This document shows positions 27,877 through 38,195 of a DNA stretch of 64,000 nt, in pieces (the stretch's first letter is position 1; each line of letters starts with the position of its first letter). Origin of the DNA: a virus; the IMG/VR virus record IMGVR_UViG_3300020390_000002, positions 1 through 64,000 of that record; one strand, written 5' to 3'. Position numbers and translations under genes: made by a program. The notes beneath the pieces are model-generated. The model was given only the letters and a program-made list of their open reading frames with translations, did not search any database and was not told where the DNA came from.

Positions 27877-30126
27877 TTATCCGCAACGCTGCGCGGGGCT
27901 GCGAGCGATGGCAGCGGGGATCGTCGGATCAGCCGCGCGCGCTTGCCGCAGCAGCGCCAGCGCTTTGCGGCGGACGTATTCCGGCAGCGGGTGCTTCGCC
28001 CGGGTGGTGACCTCGCCGAGCCTGTCCACGGTGTAGGTGTCCACGCGGGTGATGTCGGCGGGACCGAAGTAGCCGCAGCGCAGGAACTGGACGATCACCC
28101 GCTCGGATGTGACGGCCGATGCCTGCCAGTGGCTCGCTTTGTTGGCGCCCAGGATCAGCGCGCTCATCCGATCTCACCCAGCAAACTCAGCGGCATCCGC
28201 AGGCGTTTCGCATAGTTGATCCGGCCGCACAACGACTGGAACAGCAGCGACACCAGGTCTGCGTTGCCTCGCGCATGAATGTCCAGAAACCATTGGCCGC
28301 TCAATAGCCCGACCAACTCCGCCAACGTGACCAGCTGCAACCCGCCAGCGAGTTCAGCCAGCCGTTGGACGACCTGGCCCAGATGCACATCTTCGAGGTC
28401 GCATTCGAGCTTTTCTGCCCAGACCTTCATGGCGCTGGATTCACGCTCACTCGCCGCCATCGCGGTGCAGGCGAGCTGTAGCAGCCTGACATCGTGGTCG
28501 TCGAGCGTGACCGAATGCTCACACAGGTCGGTGAAGGTGCGAGTACGACTCATGGCTACTGCACCGCCTCGAGCGCGGCATCGAAGATGCGGTCGCTCGA
28601 GCCGTCGGGGCGGACGCCGTAATCGCTGATCGCGTCTTCGCCGTTGCCCAGGATGAAGCAGGCCCACAAATGGTCGCCAGACTTGTTGCGGAATCGGATC
28701 GTCGCCATGTCGACCGCATCCACGGCCTCCACCATCTCGGTTCGAGTCGGCGTCCGGACAATCTCGTCGTCGCCGTAGTCTACCTCGAGAGGCGCGAAAC
28801 CTTCCTTGTCGGCCTCTTCGATATAGGCATTGAGCAGCGTGCGTTCGATGAAGTTCATGGCTACACCTCGATGTAGTGGATGGATTCTTCCCAGGGCGTA
28901 GCCACGTTCGGGATATAGTTCGTGCCGCCCCGGCTGTGCGGATAGACCGTGCCGTCTTCGGCAATCTCGACCAGATCCCCAGGCTCGTAGATTTCGGGCA
29001 CGGTCTCCTGGTGATAGGGGCGCGGCTCGAAGCGCTCGTTGTATTGCGCTAGCGCTTCGTCGAGCCACTTGCGATAGGCGATCATGAAGGCGCGGTTCAT
29101 GACTGTGCCGCCAGTTCTGGGTCACGCTCGAAGTGTTTTGCACCGTTGAACGTGCCGGGTGGGAATTGATCGCGTCTCGCCAGCAGCAGCACGGTCATCA
29201 GGGCCGCATACCAGCTCTCGTCGTGCGGCTTGTCCTGCTTGGGCAGCGCCGGATAGAAGCGATAGGGGTTGGTGTAGTCGATCATCGTGGCGATCGACGC
29301 CAGTGCGTGTTCATCCACGATCTTCGCCAGGCGCGACACGACATACATGCGGCGCACGTCCTCGACCGGCATGCCACAGCGCTCAGCCCAGAGCTTTCTG
29401 GCATAGGGCCAGCTGTCGCCGACATCGGACTTCGCCAGCATGATCAGGCGCACGTCCCATTGGTCCAGGGGCGGCGTGAAACGAGCCGGCCCGATCGTGG
29501 ATGACCAGAGTTTCATGCCGCTCATGAGTTTGACTCCCGCTGTGCCTTGACCCAATCCACGTAGCCGCGCCGCGTGTCGTTGTTCGTGACTTCGAGCTGC
29601 CAGTCCTCGACCGAGAACTCCGGGTCCTCGCCCCAGGGGTTGACCTCCGGCTCCGGCTCGATCTCGTAGGTGTCGTAGGGGTCACCCACCGCCTCGTGCG
29701 TTTCGCTCGGCGGGCAGGACTTGAGGTCGCGCAGGCGCGCCTCGAGTCCGTTGAGAATCGCTCGCGCTGAGGCGGTCTTGGGGTCCAGACTCTCGACCGA
29801 GAAGCCGATCTGATAGGCGTGGTTGTATTTCTTCATGGCTACTCTTCCTCCGCGGGGTCATTTGTCATATACACCGCTTCCACTTCGTCGTTGTCGCGGG
29901 CTTTTTGCGTGACCACGTAGCCCACGCAATTGACCCAGTGATAGCGGGGCACCGCATATAGGGAGCCGTCGTCCGTGCCGTCGACGACGGTCCAGACTCG
30001 GTCGATCGGGTAGGTTTCGACGAGCGCCCGATCGTTGGTGCATAGATCGCCGCCAACCTCTATCGGCTGATAGTCATCCCAGAATTCGTCTTCGGTAATA
30101 AGCGTTGGTTCGGGGAGGGTCTTCAT
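27877..30126 (-). CDS. Operon of hypothetical ORFs: 27877-28167, 28164-28553, 28556-28858, 28861-29100, 29097-29525, 29522-29836, 29839-30126
   Basis: Tightly coupled with RBSs; promoter and operator at 30157-30193. Confidence 0.65.
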
Positions 30127-30199
30127 GTGCTGAGTCCGTTTTGTTGATCTGCTTAAAGCATGTCAGCGCTGACTTGGCTTTGCGCGCGAAGGTGCGCGG

Positions 30200-30652
30200 C
30201 TAAAGTCCGATCGCCTCGAGCCTATCCGCCAGCTGGTTCATGTCGTCGCGGAAAGCGCCCGGATCATCCTTGTGAGGGGTCACTTCGACACACACCAGAT
30301 TGTGCGACTTGAGCTGGTCGTAAGAATCCGAGAATGTATCCTTGTCGGGATCAGAAAGAAGGAGGACCGTCTGGAGCACTTCGCCCCTGCGCAGTTCGTC
30401 CAGAGCTTTGAGCGCCAGGCGATCTTCGCCGAAATCCTGCGGGACAGCATTCACGTGAAACGGCCAATTCAGCGTGCGCGCCATCACTGCCCCTGCGAAA
30501 CAAACCGTGCATGTGCCCGGGAATTCCCAGTCGGTGTTCTGGTGGTAATAGTCGTCCATGCTGACGATGTAGCGATGGTCCTCCTCGACCTCACCCAGGT
30601 CAGCCAACGCCACGCGGATCAGTTCGGACGGAATGTTCGGCAGTTTTTTCAT
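30200..30652 (-). CDS. Hypothetical protein, paralog of 33743-34165
   Basis: LPNIPSELIRVALADL...CTVCFAGAVMARTL. Confidence 0.75.
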   Translation of the reverse strand: MKKLPNIPSELIRVALADLGEVEEDHRYIVSMDDYYHQNTDWEFPGTCTVCFAGAVMARTLNWPFHVNAVPQDFGEDRLALKALDELRRGEVLQTVLLLSDPDKDTFSDSYDQLKSHNLVCVEVTPHKDDPGAFRDDMNQLADRLEAIGL

Positions 30653-30684
30653 ACGCTGAGCCTCTGTTGTTGTTGTCTGCGTTG

Positions 30685-30721
30685 ATTATGTCAGCGCTGA
30701 CTTATGCCTGCAATAGCTGGC
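30685..30721 (-). promoter_or_regulatory. Promoter with operator in spacer
   Basis: GCC-N5-TTGCAG-N17-CATAAT; palindrome at 30687-30704. Confidence 0.8.
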
Positions 30722-30793
30722 GGCGGCTATTTCGTGCTCGCCGCGGCGTCTGCCTGGACGAAAGAAAGGGGCGCCGAAGCGCCCCTTGTTGGG

Positions 30794-31357
30794 TCAGGCG
30801 GCGACTGCCTCCTTGCCCTTCTCGGCGATCGAAGCCATCGCCGGATTGTCGTAGTCGAAGGTCATCGTGGTCTCGATACCCTGGCCCCGGACGCTGGAGA
30901 CGCCGCCGAGTTCCATGAAGAAGGTCTTGATGTAGTTCGCCTGGGTCGCCGTCTTGTGCCCGGTGACGCGCATGATCTTGGCGTAGTCCAGCGTCGCCGG
31001 CTTCTTCGCCTCGATCAGCTCGATCACTGCGCGCAGCGGCTTGTCCGCCACCGCCTGCCGGAGACCCTTCGCGAACGCCACGATCGCCAAGCGCTTCTTG
31101 AACTCGCGCGAACCGGCTTCGACCTTCACCGGGTCGAGGTTGTTGCTCTCGCACCAGCCGATCGCATCGTCCGGCAGCTTGAACAGCACCTCCGCCATCT
31201 TCGCGTGGGTCTTGCTGGCGGATACGAGCTTCGCATCCTCCATGTCGCCGTGCGCCTCGAAGCGCGCCTGGGCTTCCTTCGCCGTGTTCAGACGACTCTT
31301 GATGGCGTCCTTCATGACCTTGCGGAACTTGGTGGTGTATTCATTCTTCTGCGTCAT
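30794..31357 (-). CDS. Hypothetical protein, paralog of 19699-20268
   Basis: GAGG RBS; terminator hairpin at 30766-30787. Confidence 0.8.
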   Translation of the reverse strand: MTQKNEYTTKFRKVMKDAIKSRLNTAKEAQARFEAHGDMEDAKLVSASKTHAKMAEVLFKLPDDAIGWCESNNLDPVKVEAGSREFKKRLAIVAFAKGLRQAVADKPLRAVIELIEAKKPATLDYAKIMRVTGHKTATQANYIKTFFMELGGVSSVRGQGIETTMTFDYDNPAMASIAEKGKEAVAA

Positions 31358-31674
31358 GGTGTTACCTCTCATGCTGTGTGTGAATTGACACTTTCGTGCC
31401 TGTTTTTCTATGTCGCTTATTTCCCTGCGACAACTATAGTTTCGTGGAGGCGACGCGGCTGCGCAATAGATTTTTACGGCTAATTTCAACGCCTTGCGAT
31501 TTCACCACAAGAAAGGCAAAGCGAGGCGTTGCGTCGAATCCAGCGCTCCATGCTCGGATATGTCTTATCTTTTGCCGTCGCTTAGAAGCGCTCACACGCG
31601 CTCGCCCTGCGAAGACGATACGACGCGCTCAGTGCATCCGCGCATCGGACAGAACCGCGGCTGAAGCCGGATAC

Positions 31675-31700
31675 AAAAAACCCCGCGCGAGGCGGGGTTT
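31675..31700 (-). terminator. Rho-independent terminator
   Basis: CCCCGC-GCGAG-GCGGGG with A6 on plus strand. Confidence 0.75.
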
Positions 31701-31703
31701 GGT

Positions 31704-31889
31704 TCAGCGGTCGTATCGTCCGGGTCGTCCGATCAGCGGGTGACGATGCTCGCGTCTGCGGCGATCTTCGAATTTCAGGCGACGCTCGCGACAGCGGCAG
31801 TCGCGGAACTCTTCGGCAAGGAGCGCTGCGGCCATGAAGGCGAGTATCACCACCGCGACCCAGAAGAACCAGGGTAGTAAGTCAGCCAT
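31704..31889 (-). CDS. Small membrane protein
   Basis: N-terminal TM; GGAGG RBS. Confidence 0.6.
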   Translation of the reverse strand: MADLLPWFFWVAVVILAFMAAALLAEEFRDCRCRERRLKFEDRRRREHRHPLIGRPGRYDR

Positions 31890-31892
31890 GAG

Positions 31893-32072
31893 TCAGACCT
31901 CCGCGTAATAGTTGGCCCAGTCGGCGTCGTCCGACAGGGGTGCGCCGCTGCCGAGATCGTCGGCGTCGTCGTGCTCGGGAAAGAGCGTGTCCATATCCTC
32001 GTCCGAGAAATAGTAGCGGCCGTTGCTGCTTTCGCTCGGGCTCAGGTCAAGATCGAAGTGCTGAAGTGCCAT
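31893..32072 (-). CDS. 59-aa highly acidic protein (not in ORF track)
   Basis: MALQHFDLDLSPSESSNGRYYFSDEDMDTLFPEHDDADDLGSGAPLSDDADWANYYAEV; GAGG RBS; own promoter and operator. Confidence 0.7.
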   Translation of the reverse strand: MALQHFDLDLSPSESSNGRYYFSDEDMDTLFPEHDDADDLGSGAPLSDDADWANYYAEV

Positions 32073-32238
32073 GTCGTCCTCTCGTTGTTTTAGCGACGAT
32101 TAAAGTATGTCAGCGCTGACTTACTACCTGCAACACTTTTTTACGGCTTACGCGAGATCGCCAGGCGCTCCAGAAAACTGATCGCAATCCAGGCGACACC
32201 CGCGAGGCAGACGGCGAGGACGATGATGCCGATGACGC

Positions 32239-32421
32239 TCATGTGCCCTGCTCCATCGTGTCGAAAGGCGCGCCGAGATTGGTCAGCAGTTCGGTGTCGT
32301 TGCTCTTGTCGAGCCAGTCCCGAATCGCTTGGCGCGCCTCGTCTGCGGTGATCTCGCCCTCTTTGCTGCCATTGACCAGCTCGAAGGCGAGCGTGAATGC
32401 GTGGTTGTATCGCTTGCTCAT
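32239..32421 (-). CDS. Hypothetical protein, paralog of 29522-29836 N-terminus
   Basis: KRYNHAFTLAF...GAPFDT vs KKYNHAYQIGF...GDPYDT. Confidence 0.65.
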   Translation of the reverse strand: MSKRYNHAFTLAFELVNGSKEGEITADEARQAIRDWLDKSNDTELLTNLGAPFDTMEQGT

Positions 32422-32780
32422 GCCAGCGGCTCCCCTTTTGCGTCGCAGCCGAAGGCGCGCACCGCGATCTCCGCAGCTTCGGCGACGGCGTCCAGATCGA
32501 ACTCGTCGCCATGTCGCCCTTCCGTATAGGCGCGCGCCAGTGCCCGTGCAGCTTCGAGGGCATCCGCCAGGCTCTGCAGCCCATAGGTGGCGGTGATGTT
32601 GCCGTCGATGTCGGTGTTCTCGAGAACCGTCTCGCGGATCGGGCGACGGATCATGTTGTCGAAGTCGTTGGCGATAGCCTGGGCATTGGGGTAGTCAGCG
32701 CCCTCGAACGTGACCGCTCTTGCCGTATCCAGCGCCACGATCATGGCGTCGTGCCGGCTCTTCTGATTGGTGTCGCTCAT
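32418..32780 (-). CDS. Hypothetical protein, tandem paralog
   Basis: FEGADYP...AFGCDAKGEPLA. Confidence 0.75.
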   Translation of the reverse strand: MSDTNQKSRHDAMIVALDTARAVTFEGADYPNAQAIANDFDNMIRRPIRETVLENTDIDGNITATYGLQSLADALEAARALARAYTEGRHGDEFDLDAVAEAAEIAVRAFGCDAKGEPLA

Positions 32781-33142
32781 GCCAGCGGCTCCCCTTCGGT
32801 GTTGCAGCCGAACGCTTCGCAGGCGATTTCACCCGCCCTGCACACCCAGTCGGTGTCGATGTGCTGGGTGTGGCGGGCGTCCAGATACAGCGCCAGCAGC
32901 GTTTCGCAGGCGCTGATCGCAGCCTGGAGATTGCACAGCTTGAGGTCGTGCATGCGCTCGTCGTCCTCGTCCCGCACTTCCACGCTGGCTTTCTCGATCG
33001 GCTTGCGGATCATGCCGCGGAAGTTCTCCGCGATGATCGGTGCGCCGGGCCAGTCGGCGCCCTCGAATGCGATTTCGCTCGCCGTGCCCAGCGCTTCGAG
33101 CATGGCTTCGCGCGAGGGGTTGTTGACTTGAATCTCGTTCAT
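32777..33142 (-). CDS. Hypothetical protein, tandem paralog
   Basis: FEGADWP...AFGCNTEGEPLA. Confidence 0.75.
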   Translation of the reverse strand: MNEIQVNNPSREAMLEALGTASEIAFEGADWPGAPIIAENFRGMIRKPIEKASVEVRDEDDERMHDLKLCNLQAAISACETLLALYLDARHTQHIDTDWVCRAGEIACEAFGCNTEGEPLA

Positions 33143-33226
33143 GGTGTTATTCCGTTGTCGTCGCGATTTGCGACAGGATCAGTACTGAGTCGGGGCGTGG
33201 CGTTGATAGCGATGGCAATCCGTCGC

Positions 33227-33676
33227 CTAGCAGTGCGCCTCGATGAAGTCCGCTATCTGGGTGAACTTCAAGCCGCTATCGTTCATCCTTGTCAGGCACG
33301 TCACGTCGTCGTCTCTGCCCAGGAAGTGGAACATCGTGATGGCCGCTCGTCTCTGATCTTCGTTGAGTGCGCCCGCAAGGTGGAAGTCCGGGTCATCTCG
33401 GAACTCCGCTATCTTCCGGTCGGCATCTTCGAGAACCATCGTCTCGCTCGCGACCGATTCGGGCAGCAGGGTCTCGCCGTCCAGGTAATTGATGCCGTCC
33501 CAGGTATTTCCGGTTTTCTGTGCATGGAGATCGCACAGGACACCCAGGCAGCAATAGCCCATAACCTCTGTGCGGTCGTCAGGGTCGAATCGGCGCAGCT
33601 GCCCGTCGATCTGCTCGTAGGCGCCGCTGCGGAGAGCGGCGACGAGCTCGGTTTTGTAGGGTTCGATCAACTTCAT
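33227..33676 (-). CDS. Hypothetical phage protein
   Basis: ALRSGAYEQ...YCCLGVLCDL...MNDSGLKFTQIADFIE. Confidence 0.75.
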   Translation of the reverse strand: MKLIEPYKTELVAALRSGAYEQIDGQLRRFDPDDRTEVMGYCCLGVLCDLHAQKTGNTWDGINYLDGETLLPESVASETMVLEDADRKIAEFRDDPDFHLAGALNEDQRRAAITMFHFLGRDDDVTCLTRMNDSGLKFTQIADFIEAHC

Positions 33677-33742
33677 GGCGTGCTCCTTTGTTCTTGATCG
33701 GATCATTATTGGATCGGGTCCGCGGCACTTATAGCGATGGCG

Positions 33743-34165
33743 CTAGAAGCCCTTCGCCCGCAGTCTTTTCGCCAGGTCTCGCATATCTGCCTTGAATTCT
33801 TCGGGGTCTACCGCGTAAGGGGTTGGGCGGAAATCCCACTCACTGGCTAGCTCGGGCGTCCACTCCACGCCGAAATTCATCAGCCCGTCAGCGACCTCGC
33901 CGCATCGAAAGTCATCCAGCGCCCCCAGGCGCTTAGCAGTGCGGCCCGAGAAATTACCGGGATGCTTGTCGCTACCCACTGGGGACTTGAGGGTCTTGGC
34001 CATGACGGCGCCGGCGAAGCAGACCGCGCAGTGGTTTCCACTCAAGGGCTCGTGCCAGGTGCTCATGTCGATCCGATAACGAGGATCGGCCTCGACGAAC
34101 TCAAGATCGGCCAGTGCGACTTCGATCACGTCAGAGGGCAGGTTGGGCAGTAAGCGCTTGGGCAT
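33743..34165 (-). CDS. Hypothetical protein, paralog of 30200-30652
   Basis: LPNLPSDVIEVALADL...CAVCFAGAVMAKTL. Confidence 0.75.
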   Translation of the reverse strand: MPKRLLPNLPSDVIEVALADLEFVEADPRYRIDMSTWHEPLSGNHCAVCFAGAVMAKTLKSPVGSDKHPGNFSGRTAKRLGALDDFRCGEVADGLMNFGVEWTPELASEWDFRPTPYAVDPEEFKADMRDLAKRLRAKGF

Positions 34166-34182
34166 AAATCCTCCTTGAACGG

Positions 34183-34422
34183 CTACCAGCCGTTGGTGTC
34201 TCGGCAGTGGTTGTGGCAGGGGCAGGTGTCGTCCTCGATGCGGAACTGGGCCTGCCAGAACGTGTGCTTGCCGCCGACCCAGGTGAAGGCGTCCTGCTGC
34301 TGTCCACAACGGCGGCAGTAGCGGCGATAAGGGTTGCGCTTGTCGTAGGCGAACAGCGGCTTGCGGGTGAGCCACCACAGCATCACCAGCGCGATCGCCA
34401 GCAGAACGATCAGGCGAATCAC
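34183..34422 (-). CDS. Membrane-anchored zinc-finger protein
   Basis: GTG start; TM then CRRC...CPCH. Confidence 0.55.
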   Translation of the reverse strand: MIRLIVLLAIALVMLWWLTRKPLFAYDKRNPYRRYCRRCGQQQDAFTWVGGKHTFWQAQFRIEDDTCPCHNHCRDTNGW

Positions 34423-34769
34423 TTCTGATACCCGATATGACCCGCACAGCGCATGGCGCGATGCAGCACCTGAGTCAACGAGGGATCGAGGTCCGGGCGC
34501 AGCGCCCATTGCCCGACGAGCTGGCACCCTTCGACGAGCCAGTCTTCGATACTGCTGGCCATTTCATAGGCCATGACAAAGCGGGCGATGTCGTCGTCGG
34601 GCATGTGGTCGCTCATGTCCGTGTAATGCCAGGCGACACATTGGGCCGCCGCGATCTTGATCAGGTGAGCGACATCGCCCGCCTTTGGCATCGCTTCGAT
34701 ATAGAAGCCGTAGCCCAGCGGATAGCGGCGCCCGGTGTGTTCCATGCAGTCCTTTGCGGTGATACTCAT
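34419..34769 (-). CDS. Hypothetical protein, tandem paralog
   Basis: TGRRYPLGYGF. Confidence 0.7.
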   Translation of the reverse strand: MSITAKDCMEHTGRRYPLGYGFYIEAMPKAGDVAHLIKIAAAQCVAWHYTDMSDHMPDDDIARFVMAYEMASSIEDWLVEGCQLVGQWALRPDLDPSLTQVLHRAMRCAGHIGYQK

Positions 34770-34779
34770 GAGGTCTCCT

Positions 34780-35250
34780 TCAGGCGCTCTTGGCGAGCGG
34801 CGATTTCTTGAATCGAGGGTCGTCCGGATACATGCGCAAGCTGCTGCGCGTGCGCAGCCCGGCGAGCCCCGGCAGGCTCGGACTCGGGGTGTAGTTGCTG
34901 AGAAAATCGGGGTGCCCGCATCTGCCGAGCATCGACTTGATCTGGTGCGCGATGTTCCAGTCAGCCTTGCCCTGCTCGATGCGGCTGTAGATCAGCTGGC
35001 AGCATTCGATCATCCACCCGTAATCGTCCTTGGCGGTCTCGGAGGCGACGACGAATCGAGCCACGTCGAGATCCCCTGGCTGAGTCATGTCGTTGAAGAA
35101 CTGCTTGGCGACAACCCCGAAGGCGTCGCGCTGGAGCAGGTAGCGGTTCTCCCAGGCGCCGGGCATCTGATCGATGGCGAAGCCGTAGCCCGGCGGGTAT
35201 TTCCGTCCGGTCCTGGCAATGCAATCGGCGCTGGTGACGATTTCACTCAT
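34780..35250 (-). CDS. Hypothetical protein, tandem paralog
   Basis: TGRKYPPGYGF. Confidence 0.7.
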   Translation of the reverse strand: MSEIVTSADCIARTGRKYPPGYGFAIDQMPGAWENRYLLQRDAFGVVAKQFFNDMTQPGDLDVARFVVASETAKDDYGWMIECCQLIYSRIEQGKADWNIAHQIKSMLGRCGHPDFLSNYTPSPSLPGLAGLRTRSSLRMYPDDPRFKKSPLAKSA

Positions 35251-35321
35251 GTGGGTGTCCTGTTGTTTCGATAATTCATTGTCGCGCTAAGTCAGCGGTG
35301 ACTACAGAATCGGCGCGCGGC

Positions 35322-36881
35322 TTATCCGTGCGCCGGGCGGATGCCGTGATCCGACAAAGCCTTTTGCGCCTCTTCGACCGACTGCATATAGCTGTCGTAC
35401 TCGCCGATCTCGTCGATCGTGGCGAACGAATACCACCAGCGGCCGTCGTCTCGACGCTGGGCATGACACAGCACGCCGTATTGATTGATCACGCCGATCT
35501 TCACGCCGACTCTGTTGTAGAGGTTGATCGAGCGCTTGAACGCCCGATAGGAGCCGACCACCTTCGGGTCGATGACATCGGCATCCTTCGGCTTGACCTG
35601 GTTGTAGAACCGCTTGCCGTTGAGTTCGATCATGCTCGCACCTCCACTTCGTCGATCCAGCTCAGGGGTATGCGGAAGGCGCCGGTGATGACGTGCGCCT
35701 CCGCGCCCTTGCCCTTGACGCCTTCGCTGATGTAACCGCTGAACAGATAGCCCTGCGGGTCGCGGTAGCGGATCAGCGCGCGCGAACCCGCGACATAGGC
35801 TGCGTTGAACTTGGCCAGCGTCATGCTGGCCGCTCGAAGCGATCAACGACACTAGCCTGCAACCCTTGCCCTCTCGCCAGCTCGCGCAGTTTCTGTGGCC
35901 ATTCGCAAACTTCACTGGCGTCGTGAACCATTTGCAGGCGGTGAATCAGCGAGGCGTGCTGAGTTGGCACGCGACCTTGAGCATGCAGCGTGGGCCAGAC
36001 CTTGCCCTCTTGAATCTGACACAACTCGCTGTCGGCGACGAAGCAGCCCGCCGCGCAGGCCAGTCCGTCGAGCGTCCGGTATCGGCAAAGATTGTGTCCC
36101 GCCCCGTCCGATTCTCGGCTCTTGGCGTTCTGGGTGAGGAGGTGCTCCGCTGCCTGGTCGAAGACCGCCTGAGCGGTGGCCTGGGGCAGCGTAGCGAGGG
36201 TGATTTTTTCGGCCATGACGGTCTCCTAGTAGAGAGCTTCGAGAAAATCCCCGAAGCCCAGGAAGTCGAGAGCAAGGATGGTGAGTGCGATGAAAACGAC
36301 GAATACCTTCATGCCGGATCGATCGCCTCCGGCGTGCGGATGCCGCCTTTCAAGCCATAGATTTCGTTCACCAGGTTGATCGCCTGCTTCCACTCGCTCC
36401 AGTCGCCATCCGATCTGATCGTCCAGCAGCCGGGTGCCTCGTTCTCGCAGACCAGCAGCAGCGCGCAGACCAGCAGGTCGTAGGGCTTGCGTGCGGTCTT
36501 GCAGAAGTTGAAGATCCCCTCGCCCGACTTGAAGGCGTCCTCCTGCCAGTCTTCCGGCGTGCAGGTGCGCTCCAAGAGCATCGTTTCGTGGCCGAGATCG
36601 GCTTCACCGCCGCCGTCGGCAGGTTCGCAGCCGTTGAATAGAATCATCGACTCGGTGCTCACGAAGGTGTGCTCTATCGTGCTGTTCTTCGACGCCACTT
36701 TGAACACGCCTTCGGTTTCGCCTTGAGCGTCGATAGCCAGCGGGTCCTCCTCGTGATAGCCGCCCGCCGTGCCGGTGAACTCGGGTGCGCGATGAGCGCA
36801 TTGCAGGAACTTGGCCCGGATCGCGTCCCACTGCTCGTCGGTGGGCGCCTTGTGCCATCTGAAGTAGTGCGTGTAGCCCAT
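35322..36881 (-). CDS. Operon of hypothetical ORFs: 35322-35633, 35630-35824, 35821-36216, 36226-36312, 36309-36881
   Basis: Coupled ORFs; promoter and operator at 36900-36953. Confidence 0.65.
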
Positions 36882-36945
36882 ATTGTTGTAACCTCCTGTT
36901 AAGTCAGCGTTTACTTATTATTTCAGACGCAAAGCGGCTGTTCGA

Positions 36946-37350
36946 CTACAGGTCCTGGGACGCCATTATCGTGACCACTACCTCGCCCTCGTCGCCGGGG
37001 CCGACGTTCACGAACACGCGGTTAAGCTCAATCTCCTGGTCCGGATACCTCAGCGCCGGAACCTCGAACTCCAGGTCGCCTGAAACCGGCTTGTCCCTGG
37101 TCGCAAGCATGTGGCGCATGGCCTCATGCAGCAGTATGTATTCGCGCGCGGTCTCGTAGCCCAGGCGTTCCATCGGCTCCTCGCTCGGCCAGGCGACGTT
37201 CTCGTTCCAGCAGTTGATGGCGATTGCCACCGGCACCTTGAAGCCCATCGCAGCGGCGCCATCGGTGACGTCTTTCAGGACGCCATCCTCGAGGGCTTGC
37301 GCCCTAGAGTAGGTGAAGATCGGCTCGCCGAAGATGTCGTCCATGCTCAT
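36946..37350 (-). CDS. Hypothetical protein (DUF6573-like)
   Basis: YSRAQALEDGVL.DV...GPGDEGE.VVTIM. Confidence 0.7.
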   Translation of the reverse strand: MSMDDIFGEPIFTYSRAQALEDGVLKDVTDGAAAMGFKVPVAIAINCWNENVAWPSEEPMERLGYETAREYILLHEAMRHMLATRDKPVSGDLEFEVPALRYPDQEIELNRVFVNVGPGDEGEVVVTIMASQDL

Positions 37351-38105
37351 GCCGCCACCTTCTGCGACAGCTTCTGGGTCAGCGGGTGATCGCGCTCGAT
37401 AGTGAACTCGCCCCGGACGCCGGTCGGCTTGAGCATGCCCACCGTCACGAGCAGCCCCTTGAGCTGACCCGCCTGGGCATTCGCGGTGCCGGGCCGATAG
37501 CCGTTGTCCGCATAGACCTGCTTGAGGTCGACCATGTGGACGATGCCGCTGTCCTTCGCGAGCGCGGTGTCGATGGCGAGCTCGGTGTAGCGCGAGAGCT
37601 TCGCGCCGGACACCAGGTGCTGCACGAGATTGACCGCCTTGTCCTGGGTCTTCTTCGGCAGATCGCTGAGCCGGTCGAGCAAGATGGCGGTGCGCTCCTG
37701 GCGGCCCGCATCATCCAGCGCCGTGAGGTCCAACACGCCCTCGCCTGCCAACGGCGGCCCCACAAGCGTGAGCTGACCGTCCTTGACGAGTTCGCCGACA
37801 CGCGCGCTGACGGTCGCACCCGGCGCGCGGGGCGCGCGCTTCGCCTTCGGCGCAGCAGCCGCTTCCGACTTGACGGCGACTTCGGTGAGTGCGTCCGGGT
37901 TGTCTTCGAGCTGCTTGGCGTAGACCTCGTGGCGCATTTCGTCGCTGGCGATCGCCTTCTCGAGGGTCTGCATGTTCTCGCTGGAATCGGCGAGCATGGC
38001 TTCGATCTCGTCGGCGATGTCGCCACGAGCGTCTTCCGCGGCGTCGATTTCGCTGAGCGCCGCGTCCAGATCGAAGTTGTCGTCGAGGCTGATTTCTTCT
38101 TTCAT
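37347..38105 (-). CDS. Acidic N-terminus plus putative wHTH C-terminus
   Basis: GGAGG RBS; GTANAQAGQL..LL..VGML...FTIERDHP. Confidence 0.75.
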   Translation of the reverse strand: MKEEISLDDNFDLDAALSEIDAAEDARGDIADEIEAMLADSSENMQTLEKAIASDEMRHEVYAKQLEDNPDALTEVAVKSEAAAAPKAKRAPRAPGATVSARVGELVKDGQLTLVGPPLAGEGVLDLTALDDAGRQERTAILLDRLSDLPKKTQDKAVNLVQHLVSGAKLSRYTELAIDTALAKDSGIVHMVDLKQVYADNGYRPGTANAQAGQLKGLLVTVGMLKPTGVRGEFTIERDHPLTQKLSQKVAA

Positions 38106-38151
38106 TTTACCTCCTGCGTGTAAGTCAGTGCTGAGTCATTACTCGAATCGA

Positions 38152-38188
38152 ATTATGTGCGATCCGATACGGCATGACAATAGCTGGG
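38152..38188 (-). promoter_or_regulatory. Promoter with downstream operator (38121-38138)
   Basis: CCC-N5-TTGTCA-N17-CATAAT. Confidence 0.8.
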
Positions 38189-38195
38189 AGCGGCT

